A stretch of 64,000 nt of DNA from Octopus vulgaris (GCA_951406725.2 OX597823.1:108934001-108998000), one strand, 5' to 3'; shown: positions 1 to 13,117, numbered from the stretch's first letter. Notes: generated by a model not told the origin, from the letters alone. Numbers and translations are program-made.

Positions 1-584
1 AGTTTAGGCGAATGAAAATTGAACTGCGCTAGTTCTGTTCCGAAATTCATCTCGCAAGCGCAAAAATCGATAATGTGTTTGTTTAGGCCTTATCCCATGC
101 ATTGAATAGTGAACTTTACTCAGTCAGCTGTTTGACGTGAACTGTGTTCACCACGCGTGCAAGCATGCGTAAATTGCATGAAAAATAAAAAAATCAAGAT
201 ATAAAAACGAATCGCGGTAAACATTGTAGAAATTCGGCAAAGAAATGAATTTTCGGGATGTAGCCTGGAGGGTTTTTTCGTATTAATCGTTTGGACTTTG
301 TGAACACATACCAATTGTTTTCATAACATTTTTAACGCTTTGAATTAAATGTGACCATTTTGCGTTGAGTCTGCAGTTTGAATCACTTTAACCAAATTTT
401 AGCAGGCCGGATTTTTGATCATCACGATACATCGCCAGCGACTCCCTGAAACTCTCCCCTGAAATCCCCGTTGAAAAATCTCTATATATAAAACTCAACT
501 TGTGTGTCTGTGTGTGTATCTGTGTGTTTAACCTTTGGATCTACCAAGTTTCATTATTAAGGATGGAAAGTAGTGTGTAGCAAA

Positions 585-973
585 TCTATATATATAAAGC
601 TGAAGTTGTCTGTGTGTGGCAGGTTTGGTAGCCTTCAACTAACACTATCTCCTCCGAGACTCTGCAGTGCAAGGTGACCAAAATTGAGAGTATGATAGAA
701 GAAGGCTTGCTCTTTATTCTGTAGCAGATAAAATTCAAATCGGACCATGTTAACACGAAAAATTATTTACATCAAAAGGGTGCTTTTTTTTAATGAAAAT
801 CCTTATTTTTTACGATTTTTGACTGCTGTGTCACCAATTTTCGGTGTATTTCAACTGCAAAAATGTTCACTTGAAGAGAATAACAAGTTGCATAATGCAA
901 AATTTTTACTTTTCAAAAATTCCAATTCTAAAGGGTCGAAACAAACCCAAGCAACACCGGGTGATACTGCTAG
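585..973 (+). mobile_element. Non-autonomous Helitron
   Basis: Starts A|TCTATATATATAAAGC and ends CTAG|T (970-973), i.e. inserted between A and T. A degenerate subterminal hairpin CCCAAGCAACACCGGG lies at 946-961. A second Helitron-like 5' end (TCTCTATATATAAAACTC) is at ~479. Confidence 0.75.
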
Positions 974-975
974 TA

Positions 976-1030
<55 letters not shown>

Positions 1031-1061
1031 TTATATTTATTTATATGTATGTATATGTATG

Positions 1062-1134
<73 letters not shown>

Positions 1135-1135
1135 G

Positions 1136-1173
<38 letters not shown>

Positions 1174-1307
1174 TTTATATGTATGTATATGTATGTACTC
1201 GTATGTACGTATGTATAAAGACATACACAAAAATAAAGTTTTATATAGGTCGGTTAATACAAAGATAAAAATTTAAACTCAAAACGCCATATATATTTTA
1301 ATATTAT

Positions 1308-1498
1308 TCTTTTCTGCTCTAGGCACAAGGCCTGAAATTTTGGGGGAGGTGGCCAGTCGATTAGATCAAGCCCAGTTCGCAACTGGTACTTAATTTATCG
1401 ATCCCGAATGAATTAAAGGCAAAGTCAACACGGCGGAATTTGAACTCAGAACATAAAGCATTTCGCCCGTCGTGCTAATGTTTCTGTCAGCTCGCCGT
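1308..1498 (-). mobile_element. tRNA-derived SINE, family B (tail type a)
   Basis: Reverse complement gives GGCGAGCTGACAGAAACATTAGCACGACGGGCGAAATGC...GAGTTCAAATTCCGCC...CTTTGCCTTT, matching other copies in the window. Tail GGCCTTGTGCCTAGAG. Confidence 0.8.
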
Positions 1499-1749
1499 CT
1501 TCTATCTTAATATTAAATGGCAGAAGTCACAAAGAGATTCCAGGGCCAAGAGTTCCTGGCACCTGTGAGTGTCATTGATGAAGCCGTGGGTCCTTCAGCC
1601 ACTTTGTGCTTCGTGCCAATTAAAAATATGAAAAAAACGTAACAAAATATCTTAACTTTCACACCCAGATGATATGTACGTAAGTATAAAGGAACTGATA
1701 CCCATATGTACTAACGCAGACAAACGATTATAAATGCATACTCACACAC

Positions 1750-1844
<95 letters not shown>

Positions 1845-1891
1845 TATGTATGTATATGTATGTGTGTGTGTGTGAGTGTGTCTGTAATTTA

Positions 1892-1922
<31 letters not shown>

Positions 1923-1940
1923 TACATATATGTATATATA

Positions 1941-1980
<40 letters not shown>

Positions 1981-2015
1981 TATATATATATACTCATATA
2001 TATATATGCACATAA

Positions 2016-2077
2016 ATACAGAAATACGTCTATTAAAATAGTGCCTATGTTTATATCTAATATGAATGTGTATGCTC

Positions 2078-2110
<33 letters not shown>

Positions 2111-2185
2111 CACGCACACATCCAAGCACACACGTTCATATTAGATATAAACACGGGCACTATCTTAATAGACGTATTTCTGTAT
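2016..2185. repeat. ~61-bp inverted repeat flanking a TA/CA microsatellite
   Basis: 2016-2076 (ATACAGAAATACGTCTATTAAAATAGTGCC...) is the near-perfect reverse complement of 2125-2185. Confidence 0.9.
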
Positions 2186-2725
2186 GAGTATTTCAAAGCA
2201 TTCAAGTATGTAATTTGTATGCATGTATGTTAGTATGTAAGTATGTATGGAACATTAATGGGCAGCGATTTTTACAAGCACAAACAGGGCAAGTGGAGTT
2301 GGGGAGGCGAATGGAATGCGTAGATGTTGTGTTTTGTATCTGCAAATTAAAAGAGACACCTACTAGTCTAGCTTCACACACATTCGAAATTCACAAACTG
2401 GTTCTGACATTCTGCCAAAAGACTTGAATCTAACCAGACATTACAAGGGATTTGAAATGCTACTTCCCCACCTCTCGCTACAAACACACGCACTCACACA
2501 CACACGCACGCACACACACACAGACACAAACTCACACACATACGCACATACAAACACATACGCGCGCGCGCAGAGTCATGTAGACACACACATCGTATCC
2601 AGTGGAGCAAAGTGAGAGAAGTTTAAAGTTTTGTCACTTTGTATATTGGGTGTTTAGTAGCCTGGAGTGTCTGTCCTTGTTTATTTATTTATTAATGTAT
2701 CTATTTATTATTTTTTCTGATTCAG

Positions 2726-2934
2726 TTTGGAGAGCAGGCCCGTCGTGTCTGCTGGGGCGAAGGGAGAAAAATACCTTGGGACAGTTGACCTGATCCGACA
2801 GGCTGTAACCGAGGTGCACCCTGGTAAAAGCACCGAGGTTCCAGTTGGTGGCGTTAAACAGGGGATGACGAATGAAGTCGATCAACCAAAGAACAAGAAT
2901 GGTTCCACAGAGTCCTCGTTTACTAAAGTTTCTT
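2726..2934 (+). CDS. Candidate internal coding exon of an unidentified host gene
   Basis: Polypyrimidine tract plus CAG acceptor (ttattttttctgattcag|), an open frame LESRPVVSAGAKGEKYLGTVDLIRQAVTEVHPGK..., and a GTGAGT donor at 2935. GC-rich, non-repetitive island. Alternative donor GTAAGT at 3064. No homology recognised. Confidence 0.35.
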
Positions 2935-3148
2935 GTGAGTCTCATGAGTCAGAGTAGCAGTTCCAGTGCATCTTCCTTACCATCCTGCGAGACAACGCCT
3001 TTTCCATTTTGTCTTCTCGGACCGTCAGACGGTCAGAATATATATGTTGTTCCACTCCTTAATGTAAGTTTCTCTCTCTAAAAAGGGAACTGCTACATAA
3101 ATATATTTGCATGTACACACACACACGCAAACGTACACACACACACAC

Positions 3149-3187
<39 letters not shown>

Positions 3188-3384
3188 CAGACACACACAC
3201 TATAATGGTATTAGTACCGAAGCAGGAATTTAGTACTTATTGGCCCCCTAGGCTATGGTACACGACACTGACTTCAGGCGCCGTGCAGGACTGAAGAGAA
3301 AAGCCACTTACGAAGTAAGGTTCTTAACGACACTGCTTCACCTGCAAGCAGGTCGTTTTTTTATCAATAGATTGGTGCAGTCTT

Positions 3385-3590
3385 TTATTCTTTTATTCTT
3401 TTACTTGTCTCAGTCGATTGACGGCGGCCATGCTGGAGCATCGCCCTCAGTCGACCAAATCGTGCCCAGGACTTATTCTTTGTAGGATCAGTACTTATTT
3501 ATCGGTCAGTTTTACTGAACCACTAAGATACGGGGACGTAAACACACCTACATTGGTTGTCAAGCGATGGTGGAGGAACAAACATACACA
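3385..3590 (-). mobile_element. SINE family A, 3' fragment
   Basis: GGCCATGCTGGAGCA...CCCAGGACTTATTCTTTGTA...GGGGACGTAAACACACC matches the full copies at 21351 and 44351. Confidence 0.75.
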
Positions 3591-3709
3591 AATATGACTT
3601 TTTATTAAAATTTTTTTGATTTTTTGACTTTTTTGACTTTTTATTAAAATTTTATGTATTGATTAAGTCTTTCCTTGTTTGTTTTGCAAAATAGTGGTTT
3701 TGTCTCTAA

Positions 3710-3789
<80 letters not shown>

Positions 3790-3793
<4 letters not shown>

Positions 3794-4220
3794 AGAGTGA
3801 CCACTATATGGTCGACTCTAGCGCTAAAAATAGATCCGCTATGGTATTAGCCACTAATAGCGGTTTAATAAATTGTATTCTAGAAAAATTCTGCTGATGA
3901 CCTATGGATGTTGTGTAAGTAAAATTGCATATACATTAATATCGAAACAATTGTCCAGAGTTAATCTATATTTTTTGTTATTTTTCAAATGCCCTGCTCA
4001 TTTACGTTAAATGTTGTGCTACTTTCCTTGGAAACAATTTTTTAGTGGCTAATACCATAGCGGATCTATTTTTAGCGCTAGAGTCGACCATATGGTGGTC
4101 ACACTCTTATATATGTGTATATAAATTTTTATTGTATCCCTGGTTTTTTATGCGCTAAGCCACTTGGTGTTAAATTGATGGTATTATTAAATTAATATCC
4201 AACTTTTCACCCTTATTTAT
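3790..4220 (+). mobile_element. Penelope-like pseudo-LTR module with inverted 5' segment, inside (TA)n
   Basis: 3790-3857 is the reverse complement of 4042-4110. The module contains a hammerhead motif and is flanked by TA microsatellite. Confidence 0.65.
3889..3960 (+). ncRNA. Minimal type I hammerhead ribozyme motif (stem II base mismatched)
   Basis: TTCTG-CTGATGA(3894-3900)-stem II-GAAA(3944-47)-C-AATT-GTC-CAGAG. Stem I is TTCTG/CAGAG and stem III is the palindrome ACAATTGT. Confidence 0.7.
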
Positions 4221-4262
4221 ATATATATATATATATATAAAAACATATTTAATGATTTAAGG

Positions 4263-4302
<40 letters not shown>

Positions 4303-4304
<2 letters not shown>

Positions 4305-4452
4305 GAGCTTCTTTCAGTTTCCATCTACCAAATCCACTCACATGGCTTTGGTCGACCCGAGGCTAATGGGTTACTTGTCCAAAGTGCCGCGCAGTGGGAC
4401 TGAACCCGGAACCCTGTGGTAACCAAGCTGCTTACCACACAACCACGCCTGC
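4303..4452 (-). mobile_element. SINE family A, 5' fragment
   Basis: CTTCTTTCAGTTTCCATCTACCAAATCCACTCAC...GCAGTGGGACTGAACCCGGAACC...CTTACCACAC. Confidence 0.75.
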
Positions 4453-5679
4453 ACCTGCAGTGTATTTGTCTTAGTTGTTGTTGTTAGCTCCCAGACAAAT
4501 ATGATCAAACACGTAAACGTATAATCAAGGATATTCCAACCGCGACAGTCCCACAATATTTTATATGTTTCATTTGTTTGTCGCTTAGCGTAATGATTCG
4601 CGTATTGGGCTCCTATTTATAAGATCGTGACCTCGAATACCGGACAGACAAAGTGGTGTGTGTCTCTTTCAGCAAGGCGTTGCATTTGACTTTGCTCCAG
4701 TTTCATTCAGGCGAAAATGAATGTCTGCTTAGTGCTGATGCAACCTTTTTCTCTCTCCTGTTGTCATATCCTCGATGCTTTTCTGGGTCAAGATGGGAGC
4801 GCTGAGTGGGTGTCTATATCTACTGGCGACTATGAAGGCACCTAAAACGATTAGAGAAAGCATCGTATATGTTATCACGTCATGCTAACTTCGGAGTGAC
4901 AGCTTTAGAGTGTTCTTGTCGCATGTATTAGTATCTTTGTTCACAGGCCTGCATGATCTTGGTGCGTAGGAGTTCAACAACAACACATTCACATACACAT
5001 ACTCAAGTAAACTTAAAAAACAAATCTAAACACAGGTAAGTCTCAAGTTCAATTCCACTGCACAGAATCACCTTGGACAAGTGAGTTCTTCCTTAGATAC
5101 AAGTGGCCAAAGCCTTGTGAGCGAAACTTGGTTGGAGGAATCTTCATGGAAGACTTACCATGAGGCCATTCCTGTTTACGGGTAGTCGAATAAATTATTT
5201 GTCTACCATTTGTCTTGTGTTTAAAACCTTTAGTAATTCTCCATATCTCACAGTTGACCGGATGTATGTACCTAAGTTAGTAAGGTGGCTAGAGACAGTG
5301 TCGATTTCTTTAACAGGACCTCCCAGACAAGTACAACATTTGTCTTGCTGGTTGATTATAATCTGCGAAAAAATATGGGTTGGAAGAGAAATGGTGGTCA
5401 GATCCAAACGATTTTTGCTGACTGAATTAAAATGCTCGGCAAGGAGATATACTAAGACTGCTACTCATTAAATAACACACTGCGACTGTCAGGATTAGGA
5501 TTTTCAAGGAATATTTTTAGGATTTTGCCTACTGCATTTACAAAACAATGGAATCAGTTCTAGAGTTTAGTACTATACTATACCAGATCAAGTAAATAAC
5601 CCGATGAAAGAAAAACGATATAATTACTTTCAATATAAATGTCCTCAGAGATATGACGATCAGGCATTTGCCCAAAGAT

Positions 5680-5724
<45 letters not shown>

Positions 5725-5749
5725 ATACATACACACACATCTCTTAACT

Positions 5750-6315
5750 TTTTATCTTTTACTTATTTCACTCATTAGACTGCGGCCATGCTGGGGCACT
5801 GCTTTGAAGAAATTTTTAGTCGAATGAATCAATCCCAGTATTTTAATTTTTTTATGCTGTGTACTTATTCCACCAATTTCTTTTGTTGACCTGCTAAGTT
5901 ACGGGGACGAAAACACACACACACACACGCGCACACACATACACACACACAAGAAAGGGCTTCTTTCAGTTTCTCTCAATCAAATTCACTCACAAGGCTT
6001 TGTTCGGCCCTAGGCTATAGCAGAAGACACTTGCCCAAAGTTTTACGCTTCTTACCACAATACATATTCTACTCTTAGACTCTTACTGGTTTTAGTCATT
6101 GGACTACGGCCATGCAAGAAGTACCACACTGAAGAGGCGACGGAAACTTTACAACAACTTATTTCTTATTTCAAGAATGGTGCTTAATTATGTGGTTTCA
6201 TATTCTCCGATGCGCTAAGTTGTTTACACGTAAACAAGCCAGCACCTGTTGTGAAACTCTATAAACACAAAGGCAAAAGAGTCATGGAGATAAAAACAAA
6301 GGTATGCATCCATAA

Positions 6316-6362
<47 letters not shown>

Positions 6363-6502
6363 TACATACATACACACACACTCAGGTATAGAAAATGCTT
6401 CTGCACAGTTTCCGTCTACTAAATTCACTTACAAGCCATTGGTCAGACTGCATCAAACTCGAAACTTTGAATTTTCGAAACTGATATTTTAACCACAAGG
6501 CT
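5750..6502 (-). mobile_element. Two adjacent diverged SINE family A copies
   Basis: GCGGCCATGC, CTAAGTTACGGGGACG and TTCACTCACAAGGCTTTG-like motifs occur twice (~5750-6058 and ~6070-6502). Confidence 0.65.
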
Positions 6503-7513
6503 ATGCTTTTATATGTGCGTGTGTGCGTGCGTGCACATATTCCTGTGTGTATGTATACATACATACACATATATATTACATATATCTATGTATATACAAT
6601 TACAGCTTTATAATCTTATCTCCTGATCTGGGGAAAATTTCATAGCAGTATGTGGATAAGAAAAAGACAAGACAGGTGAATTGCTTACTGCTGCTCCTAC
6701 TGCTCCTACTGCTCCTACTGCTGCTGCTGCTGCTGGTGAAGTGCTACGCCATTATATTTGGTTAATTATAGTTTTTTTGCTAAAATTGTGGTAGCGTCGT
6801 GTTGTTTTCTTCATTTCTCTTTCCTTTTCTTAATTTTCGTCTTGTAATAAGAGGGTGTTAAATATTCACGTCTTGTTTACTTTGTAATGCTTAGCTACAT
6901 GTTTAAAAAAGAAATATATATATATGTGTATATATGCATGTATGTATTATGTGTGTGTATGTGTGTGTGTGTGTGTGTGTGTGAATATAAAATTCCCAGA
7001 CGAAAAGGAAGACGATAAGAAAGGAAAAGTAAAGCAAGGAAGGTTGAAAGACATAAATATGAAAGAAAAAGAGTAAGAAAGAAAGAAGAAAAGAAGTAAG
7101 GGGAAAAAGACGGAAAGAAATATATAAAGGAAATAAATAAAGAAAAGAAAAAGAAAATTCCAAAGAAAAACAACATATGAAAATTTTTATAAAAAAAAAA
7201 CTACGCCAACCAAAAATGTGAAAAAGAAACAAACTAATTATGACTAATAATTTGGTGTCAGTCGGTGCAGAGAAGTGACCCACAGGGTTAGTATCCAACA
7301 TCAGGGCTCCAGTGGGTCTACCTTGCAGAGAGCGGGGGAGCTGGTTCTTAGTGAAGCAGGGGAAGAATATAAATGGTTGTAGTAAGAGTAAAGAGAACTT
7401 ATTGTGTGGGTATGTGTGTGTGTGTGTGTGTGTGTGGTAGGAGGGATGATAGGTACGTGTGGGTGAGGATGAAGGGTGCGTAGATGAAAGAGTTGTTAAA
7501 GGAAGGGAGTGGA

Positions 7514-7556
<43 letters not shown>

Positions 7557-8066
7557 TGGTTGTTTGAAATTTGGTAAGTAGAAGGAAGAGTTAGAAGAGG
7601 ATTGACAATACCAGAGCGAGATAGGGACAGAGAAAAACAGAGAAGAAAGACAAAGAGGTGACCATGCGTTACTGCGAATATATATGTGTGTGTATATATA
7701 TATATGTGTGTGTATAGGTTTCACACCAGGAATCTTGCAACCCAAATTCATAAACGTATATGCATACACACACACGCACACACACACACATGCACACACA
7801 CACATATACATACATACATACATACATACATACATACATACATACATACATACATACATACGACACACATATTTACAAACACACTCTCACACACACACAC
7901 GCACACACACACACATACACATGCATAGATACATACATAGATACATACATACGACATACATACTTACAAACACACTCACACACACACACGCACACACACA
8001 TACACATACATACATACATACATACATACATACATACATACATACATACGACATACATACTTACAA

Positions 8067-8100
<34 letters not shown>

Positions 8101-9295
8101 GAACTGGTGAATTTCAGAAAGGGAAAAGTATGTAGTGGCGAGTGTGCATTGTACATTATAATAGCAGCTAAAATTTCGGGAATTTAAAACTGTTTCACGC
8201 TGCCGATTATTCAAACGATTAAAGTAGGAAAGGAGCATCATAATTATTTCAAAGATATTAGTAAACCCGATGATATATAAATAACCATTAAGAATATAAT
8301 TGGTTTCGCCAAAAAGAAACGCTAAAAAATTATCACATACAAAAAGCTATTCCCGCGTTTTATGCAATGGCCATCTTATATTCACTTATTCCCATTAAAA
8401 AACATGAAATGTTTGAATGTTTGCAAACCACACGTGAGCAAAGGACGTGCCTTTTCTTAATAAAGTTGCTAAATATTTCGATGGGTTTTTGTAACAATTA
8501 TTAAGGGTGTGGAAGTTTTATTGTGTGGGAAACAAACAAAAATTAGCTTGTCGGAAATACTCAATAAAAAATGTGCTTACAATAATTTGGATCTTTTGTT
8601 CAAAAGACTGTAATAGAATTACATATTTCTCCGCCAAACCAGGATCACGCCTTCTAGAACCTCAAGATTTTTCTATCATGGATTCTGTTGTGTCGACGCC
8701 TCCAGACGATGAAGTAGGCTAGCCCAAAATGTAAATATAGAGGGAGAAGTCTAGACGTCGTAAGTTGAGTAGAGGTCATCGGAAAGTGGCGACGAGGATT
8801 TCGTAGGTCACACAGCCACTGTGTAGTATTGCGATATAACAGATTCATTAGTTTACATTTGATAATATCGCCCTTTGCATTTCGACTATATGTGGTGAGT
8901 GATGTGGTAATGCGTCTTTATATGCATATAGGTGTGTATCTGTACACATGCAAGTACATAGTACTCATACACACATATATCCTTATAGGCATGTATATAT
9001 GTATTTTTATAATATGTATGTATGTATACAAAGAAGTTGAGTCAAACGTCCTTTTACTGCTAACATAAATCATTACTAAACGAAATCAGTTGACATCAAT
9101 TAATCTTCTTAATATACGTCCCCTCTTCTCTCCTGCATTCTCCTCACATCTCTCCTTTCTCACCACACTTTCCATCCACCTCCCAACTGTACTTATTAAA
9201 CTTCCGACCGTCATTTGAAGGCTAAAACAATGCGAAGCGCATTGTGGCCAGCGATGTGTAGCAACATCTGATAGCCTGGTCGTCTCGTTATTACA

Positions 9296-9335
<40 letters not shown>

Positions 9336-9353
9336 GCACACACATTTATCTAG

Positions 9354-9400
<47 letters not shown>

Positions 9401-9715
9401 TTGAGAGAGAGAGAATGATACACATATATACATACATATATATGTGTGTATTTGTATATATCCAATACCCATATATATTCCTTTATTGCTTACAGGGGGC
9501 TAAAAAAGAGGGGACAAACAAGGACCCCCCACTGCGTAACTAATACTTATTTAATCGACCCCGAAAGGATAAAAGGCAAAGTCGATCTCGGCGGAATAGC
9601 CAATGACCATATTATATCGTAAATAACCACACTCACACAAGTTATTTTCAAATAGATAACAGCGCCCAAAAATATATGGCACGGAATTCGATATTAGGTC
9701 ATCAGAAGAATTTCT

Positions 9716-10147
9716 GGATCTTTTCGGTTTGAACGGCAGTTTTTTTACATAATTTCTAGGTAACTAAAAAATTTTAAACTTCGTATACTGGTAGAATGTG
9801 CTTATAAAACATCCTTTCTCTTGGCTTTATTGAGAAAATTCTATAGTTTGTGAGATATTTGTTGTTTTTTTTTCTTCAATTTCTGAAATTTCAACCAATC
9901 AGTGACGTCTATTGAGTTAAAAAGCATTCTGTGCCGTATGAATATGCCCCTCATTTAAGAAACAGATTGGGTTTATTTACATTTGTGAAGATAAAAGATA
10001 CCCTTCCCCCACCCCTAACCCTAACCCTAACTAACCCTAACCCTAAAAGAGATTAAAATGCAATAGATCGATTCTAGGGTCATAATTATGGGTGACAATT
10101 TCATATGACACCGCTAGAAAAAACTGCCGTTTAAACCGAAAAGATCC
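9716..10147. mobile_element. MITE with ~30-bp TIRs and 8-bp TSD (Merlin- or hAT-like)
   Basis: TIRs GGATCTTTTCGGTTTGAACGGCAGTTTTTT / AAAAAACTGCCGTTTAAACCGAAAAGATCC. TSD GAATTTCT at 9708-9715 and 10148-10155. Confidence 0.9.
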
Positions 10148-10844
10148 GAATTTCTAAGCACTTTAAAACAAACAAATTAAAGAGCTACCAATTCTACTCT
10201 GGATGTAAAAAGTCTTTGAATTAACGTTACAGAATTCGAAATTACCAAAACTATATTAAGCACTAGATATCAGCAAAATTATATTTCAGAATTGCTGGTG
10301 ACCTAAAATCAGAAGTAAATTCGCTGCCTTGCAGGCAAACTCTGCAACTAAAATTGGAGAGCTATGGCTGCCATGGCTACTTCACACGTTGTCAACATCT
10401 TAGTAGCGAAAATAGACCCTCGTTCACCACGTTCGATTAAGCTACAGTACAGGATAAAATAATGTCTAAAACAAGCATAAAATATGCAGTTGAGAAGTAG
10501 ACAACATACAAGTTGTGACGTTGAAAAATTAAAGAGAGCCTACAGAACAATTAAGTTCTAAAATCTAAGCCTCAAATCAATGCTAATACATTTCTAATAG
10601 TAACCATTTAAATAAAAAGCAACCGTTACATTACATCAGAGATACTAATCAATGGATATCCTTAAATTAAGCTAGCAAATACCCGACAGGCCTAAAATAA
10701 TATTTGTGGTAAACACACTCTTCTACACTTGAAACACTAGGCAGGAAAAATCCACAAAATATATTAAACACTGAATAATGACTGATATTCAAAAGACTAG
10801 TAGACCAGACTAATAATGAATAAAGAGAGAAATCTTATTCATTT

Positions 10845-11135
10845 ATGCACCCTTCTCAAACCTAGCCAGGCTCATGGGCTCGGTTTCCCGGTTTCTATGG
10901 CTTATGCGTTCCCCCCAGCTGGACGGGACGCCAGTCCATCGAAGCTTTTACTCAAGAAACAGGAAGAAAGGGTGAGAGTAAGTTGGGGCGAAAGAGTACA
11001 ACTGGGGTTGCCACCACCCCCTGCCGTAGCTTCGTAGTGCTTTAGGTGTTTTCACAACGCTCGGGCTGGGAATCGAAACCGCGATCCTCCGACCGCGAGT
11101 CCGCTGCCCTAACCACTGGGCCATTGCGCTTCCAC
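10845..11135 (-). mobile_element. tRNA-derived SINE, family C
   Basis: Minus-strand head GTGGAAGCGCAATGGCCCAGTGGTTAGGGCAGCGGACTCGCGG...GGTTTCGATTCCCAG with Pol III A and B boxes. Confidence 0.8.
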
Positions 11136-11340
11136 AAAGAGAGAAACACAGTGCAAAAAATGCATTAGACATTAGCTCTACGAACTAAACACACACACAC
11201 ACACACGCACGCACACACACACACACATATACAACGAGTATTTCCTAAATCAAATGCCTATCAAGTACAGAACAAACGGACATATAATCGAAAGTGTTAT
11301 AAAACAAAACCTAAATTATTCACACCAAACTTCTAATATA

Positions 11341-12185
11341 CAGGGTGTTCCATGAAAAACGCCGTATTTGAATTGTGCAGCACTTTTGTGTTCTGAAGTT
11401 TGAAGGATAGCTTTTATCATGTTTGCTATCTTCACTCCGATAAATAGTTTTTGTTTGTTTTATCAGTATGGTGTGCAGTGTGTCATGGGGAGGTTTACAA
11501 CTGAGCGATGGGTTGTTATCGTGAAGACATTTTATCAAAACGGAGAAAGTGCGATGCAAACAGCTCGGACACTTCGTACCATTTTGGAGGGGAAATGAAG
11601 CACTCAACGGAGTCTACGGCTCGAAGACTAACGACATAGTTTAAAACAACTGGTTCAGATGCAACGACCAAATCGCCTGGGCGGAATCGTTCTCGTCGGA
11701 CAGAGCAACAAATTGCTGTTGTACGAGAAAGTCACTCTGACCCCGGAAAAATCGATGCGCCGATATTCAACAGGATGGAGTAACCTGCTACACTTCGTAC
11801 CAAACGCTTACATTACTCCACTAAAAATTTCCGCATGAATGATATCCTTGCATGGTGACCAGCAATAGCCACCAAGGTCCTGCGATCTTTCCCCTTGGGA
11901 TTTCTTCTTATATGTGAAATCACGGGTATACGTCGAGAAATCATGCACAATTCCTGAAGTTAAGGCTGAAATCAGGTGTGTAATTGGAGGCATCGGACCA
12001 CACATCTATGAAAGAGTTATCGGAAATTTCGAGGAGCGCATAAATGTATGTAGACCCAGTGCAGGTGGACCGACATAGTGTTCCATACTTAAACTCATTA
12101 GAAATATGCAGAATATAACCATGTTTATAAGAATTCATTTTAATTATTAACCTTTCAAATTTGGCGCCTTTTATGGAACACCCTG
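11341..12185 (+). mobile_element. Internally deleted Tc1/mariner-superfamily element (DD41D/rosa-like)
   Basis: TA|CAGGGTGTTCCAT...ATGGAACACCCTG|TA TIRs. Remnants include VKTFYQNGESAMQTARTLR (N-terminal HTH-like) and PPRSCDLSPWDFFL-YVKSRVY. Confidence 0.85.
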
Positions 12186-12237
12186 TATTACAAAAGCAAA
12201 GTTAAATGTCACCTTAGTAACAACGCATGACAGGTAT

Positions 12238-12425
12238 GCGAGCTGGCAGAAACGTTAGCACACAGGGCGAAATGCTTTGTGGTATTTCGTCCGCCGCTGC
12301 GTTCTGAGTTCAAATTCCGCCGAGGTCGACTTTGTCCATCTGTCTGTCCTTGCCGAGGTCCATCTGTCAGTCCTTGTTTGTCTCCTCTGTGTTTAGCCCC
12401 TTGTGGGTAGTAAAGAAATAGAAAT
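12238..12425 (+). mobile_element. SINE family B (tail type b), internally rearranged
   Basis: GCGAGCTGGCAGAAACGTTAGCAC...GAGTTCAAATTCCGCCGAGGTCGAC...TAGCCCCTTGTGGGTAGTAAAGAAATA. Confidence 0.8.
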
Positions 12426-13070
12426 AGGTATGCAAACCCAATTACAATTTAAGAATGACCAAAGTCATTTCTAAATTTGACCGGAGAAGTGAAAGTTGCA
12501 AACTTCACGATTCCATTTGTGACCGAGGGCCACATGATTAAAACTCACTTTCTTGTAGGCTCACCATACATTTAATACAAGAAGAGAGGGGAGTTGCAAG
12601 ACTTCACACCGCATGCCATAAAAGAATACCAAATTGAAAAACATTTTTCAGAAAATAATTCCTCACATTATAGAATTCCATACTGAAATAGTGGTATAAT
12701 AGCAACACAGGGATATAATTTATATACAGTATACATATCGGTTACATGCAGATCGGATTACAAAGAAATCTAACCTTCCAGCGGTCACATTGTGTCGGGT
12801 AGGTCTGTATCAACATAAATCACCCGCTATAAAAAAGACAATATAGAAGTCAAACCTACTCCATATCATGAGGATTAGACTAGGATAGTATGAAACCGTT
12901 GATACGACGAAATTGGGAACTTGAGTGTTTTGAATGAAATATTAGCACCTCATATCCACGGATGAGAAAACTTTGAAAATATAGATTCAATTAGAACGTA
13001 GTCCGTGTTTAATACATATTTAAAGGGAAAACTGTTCCCTATGTTTATAGGGATAACTGTTCCCTATGTT

Positions 13071-13117
<47 letters not shown>

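Larger units (their letters stand above)
9600..13000 (+). pseudogene. Heavily decayed Penelope-like retroelement (RT and GIY-YIG remnants), interrupted by four insertions
   Basis: Near 10196 translation gives TLDVKSL*INV...ISELL...RAMAAMATSHVVNILVAKI, resembling PLE RT (LDVKSLYTNIP...AMGSPMAPSYANLFM). Near 12730 HIGYMQIGLQRNLTFQRSH resembles the YIG motif region. Confidence 0.5.

Noticed and set aside
5160-5470. Possible LINE or GIY-YIG remnant (minus strand LLAEHFNSV)
   Set aside because: Too short and ambiguous to assign.
8500-8860. Possible mariner/maT transposase remnant (PGSRLLEPQDFSIM)
   Set aside because: A single weak motif with no TIRs identified.
10013-10046. True telomere or chromosome fusion site
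   Set aside because: Only about five units, in a single orientation, inside a TSD-flanked MITE.
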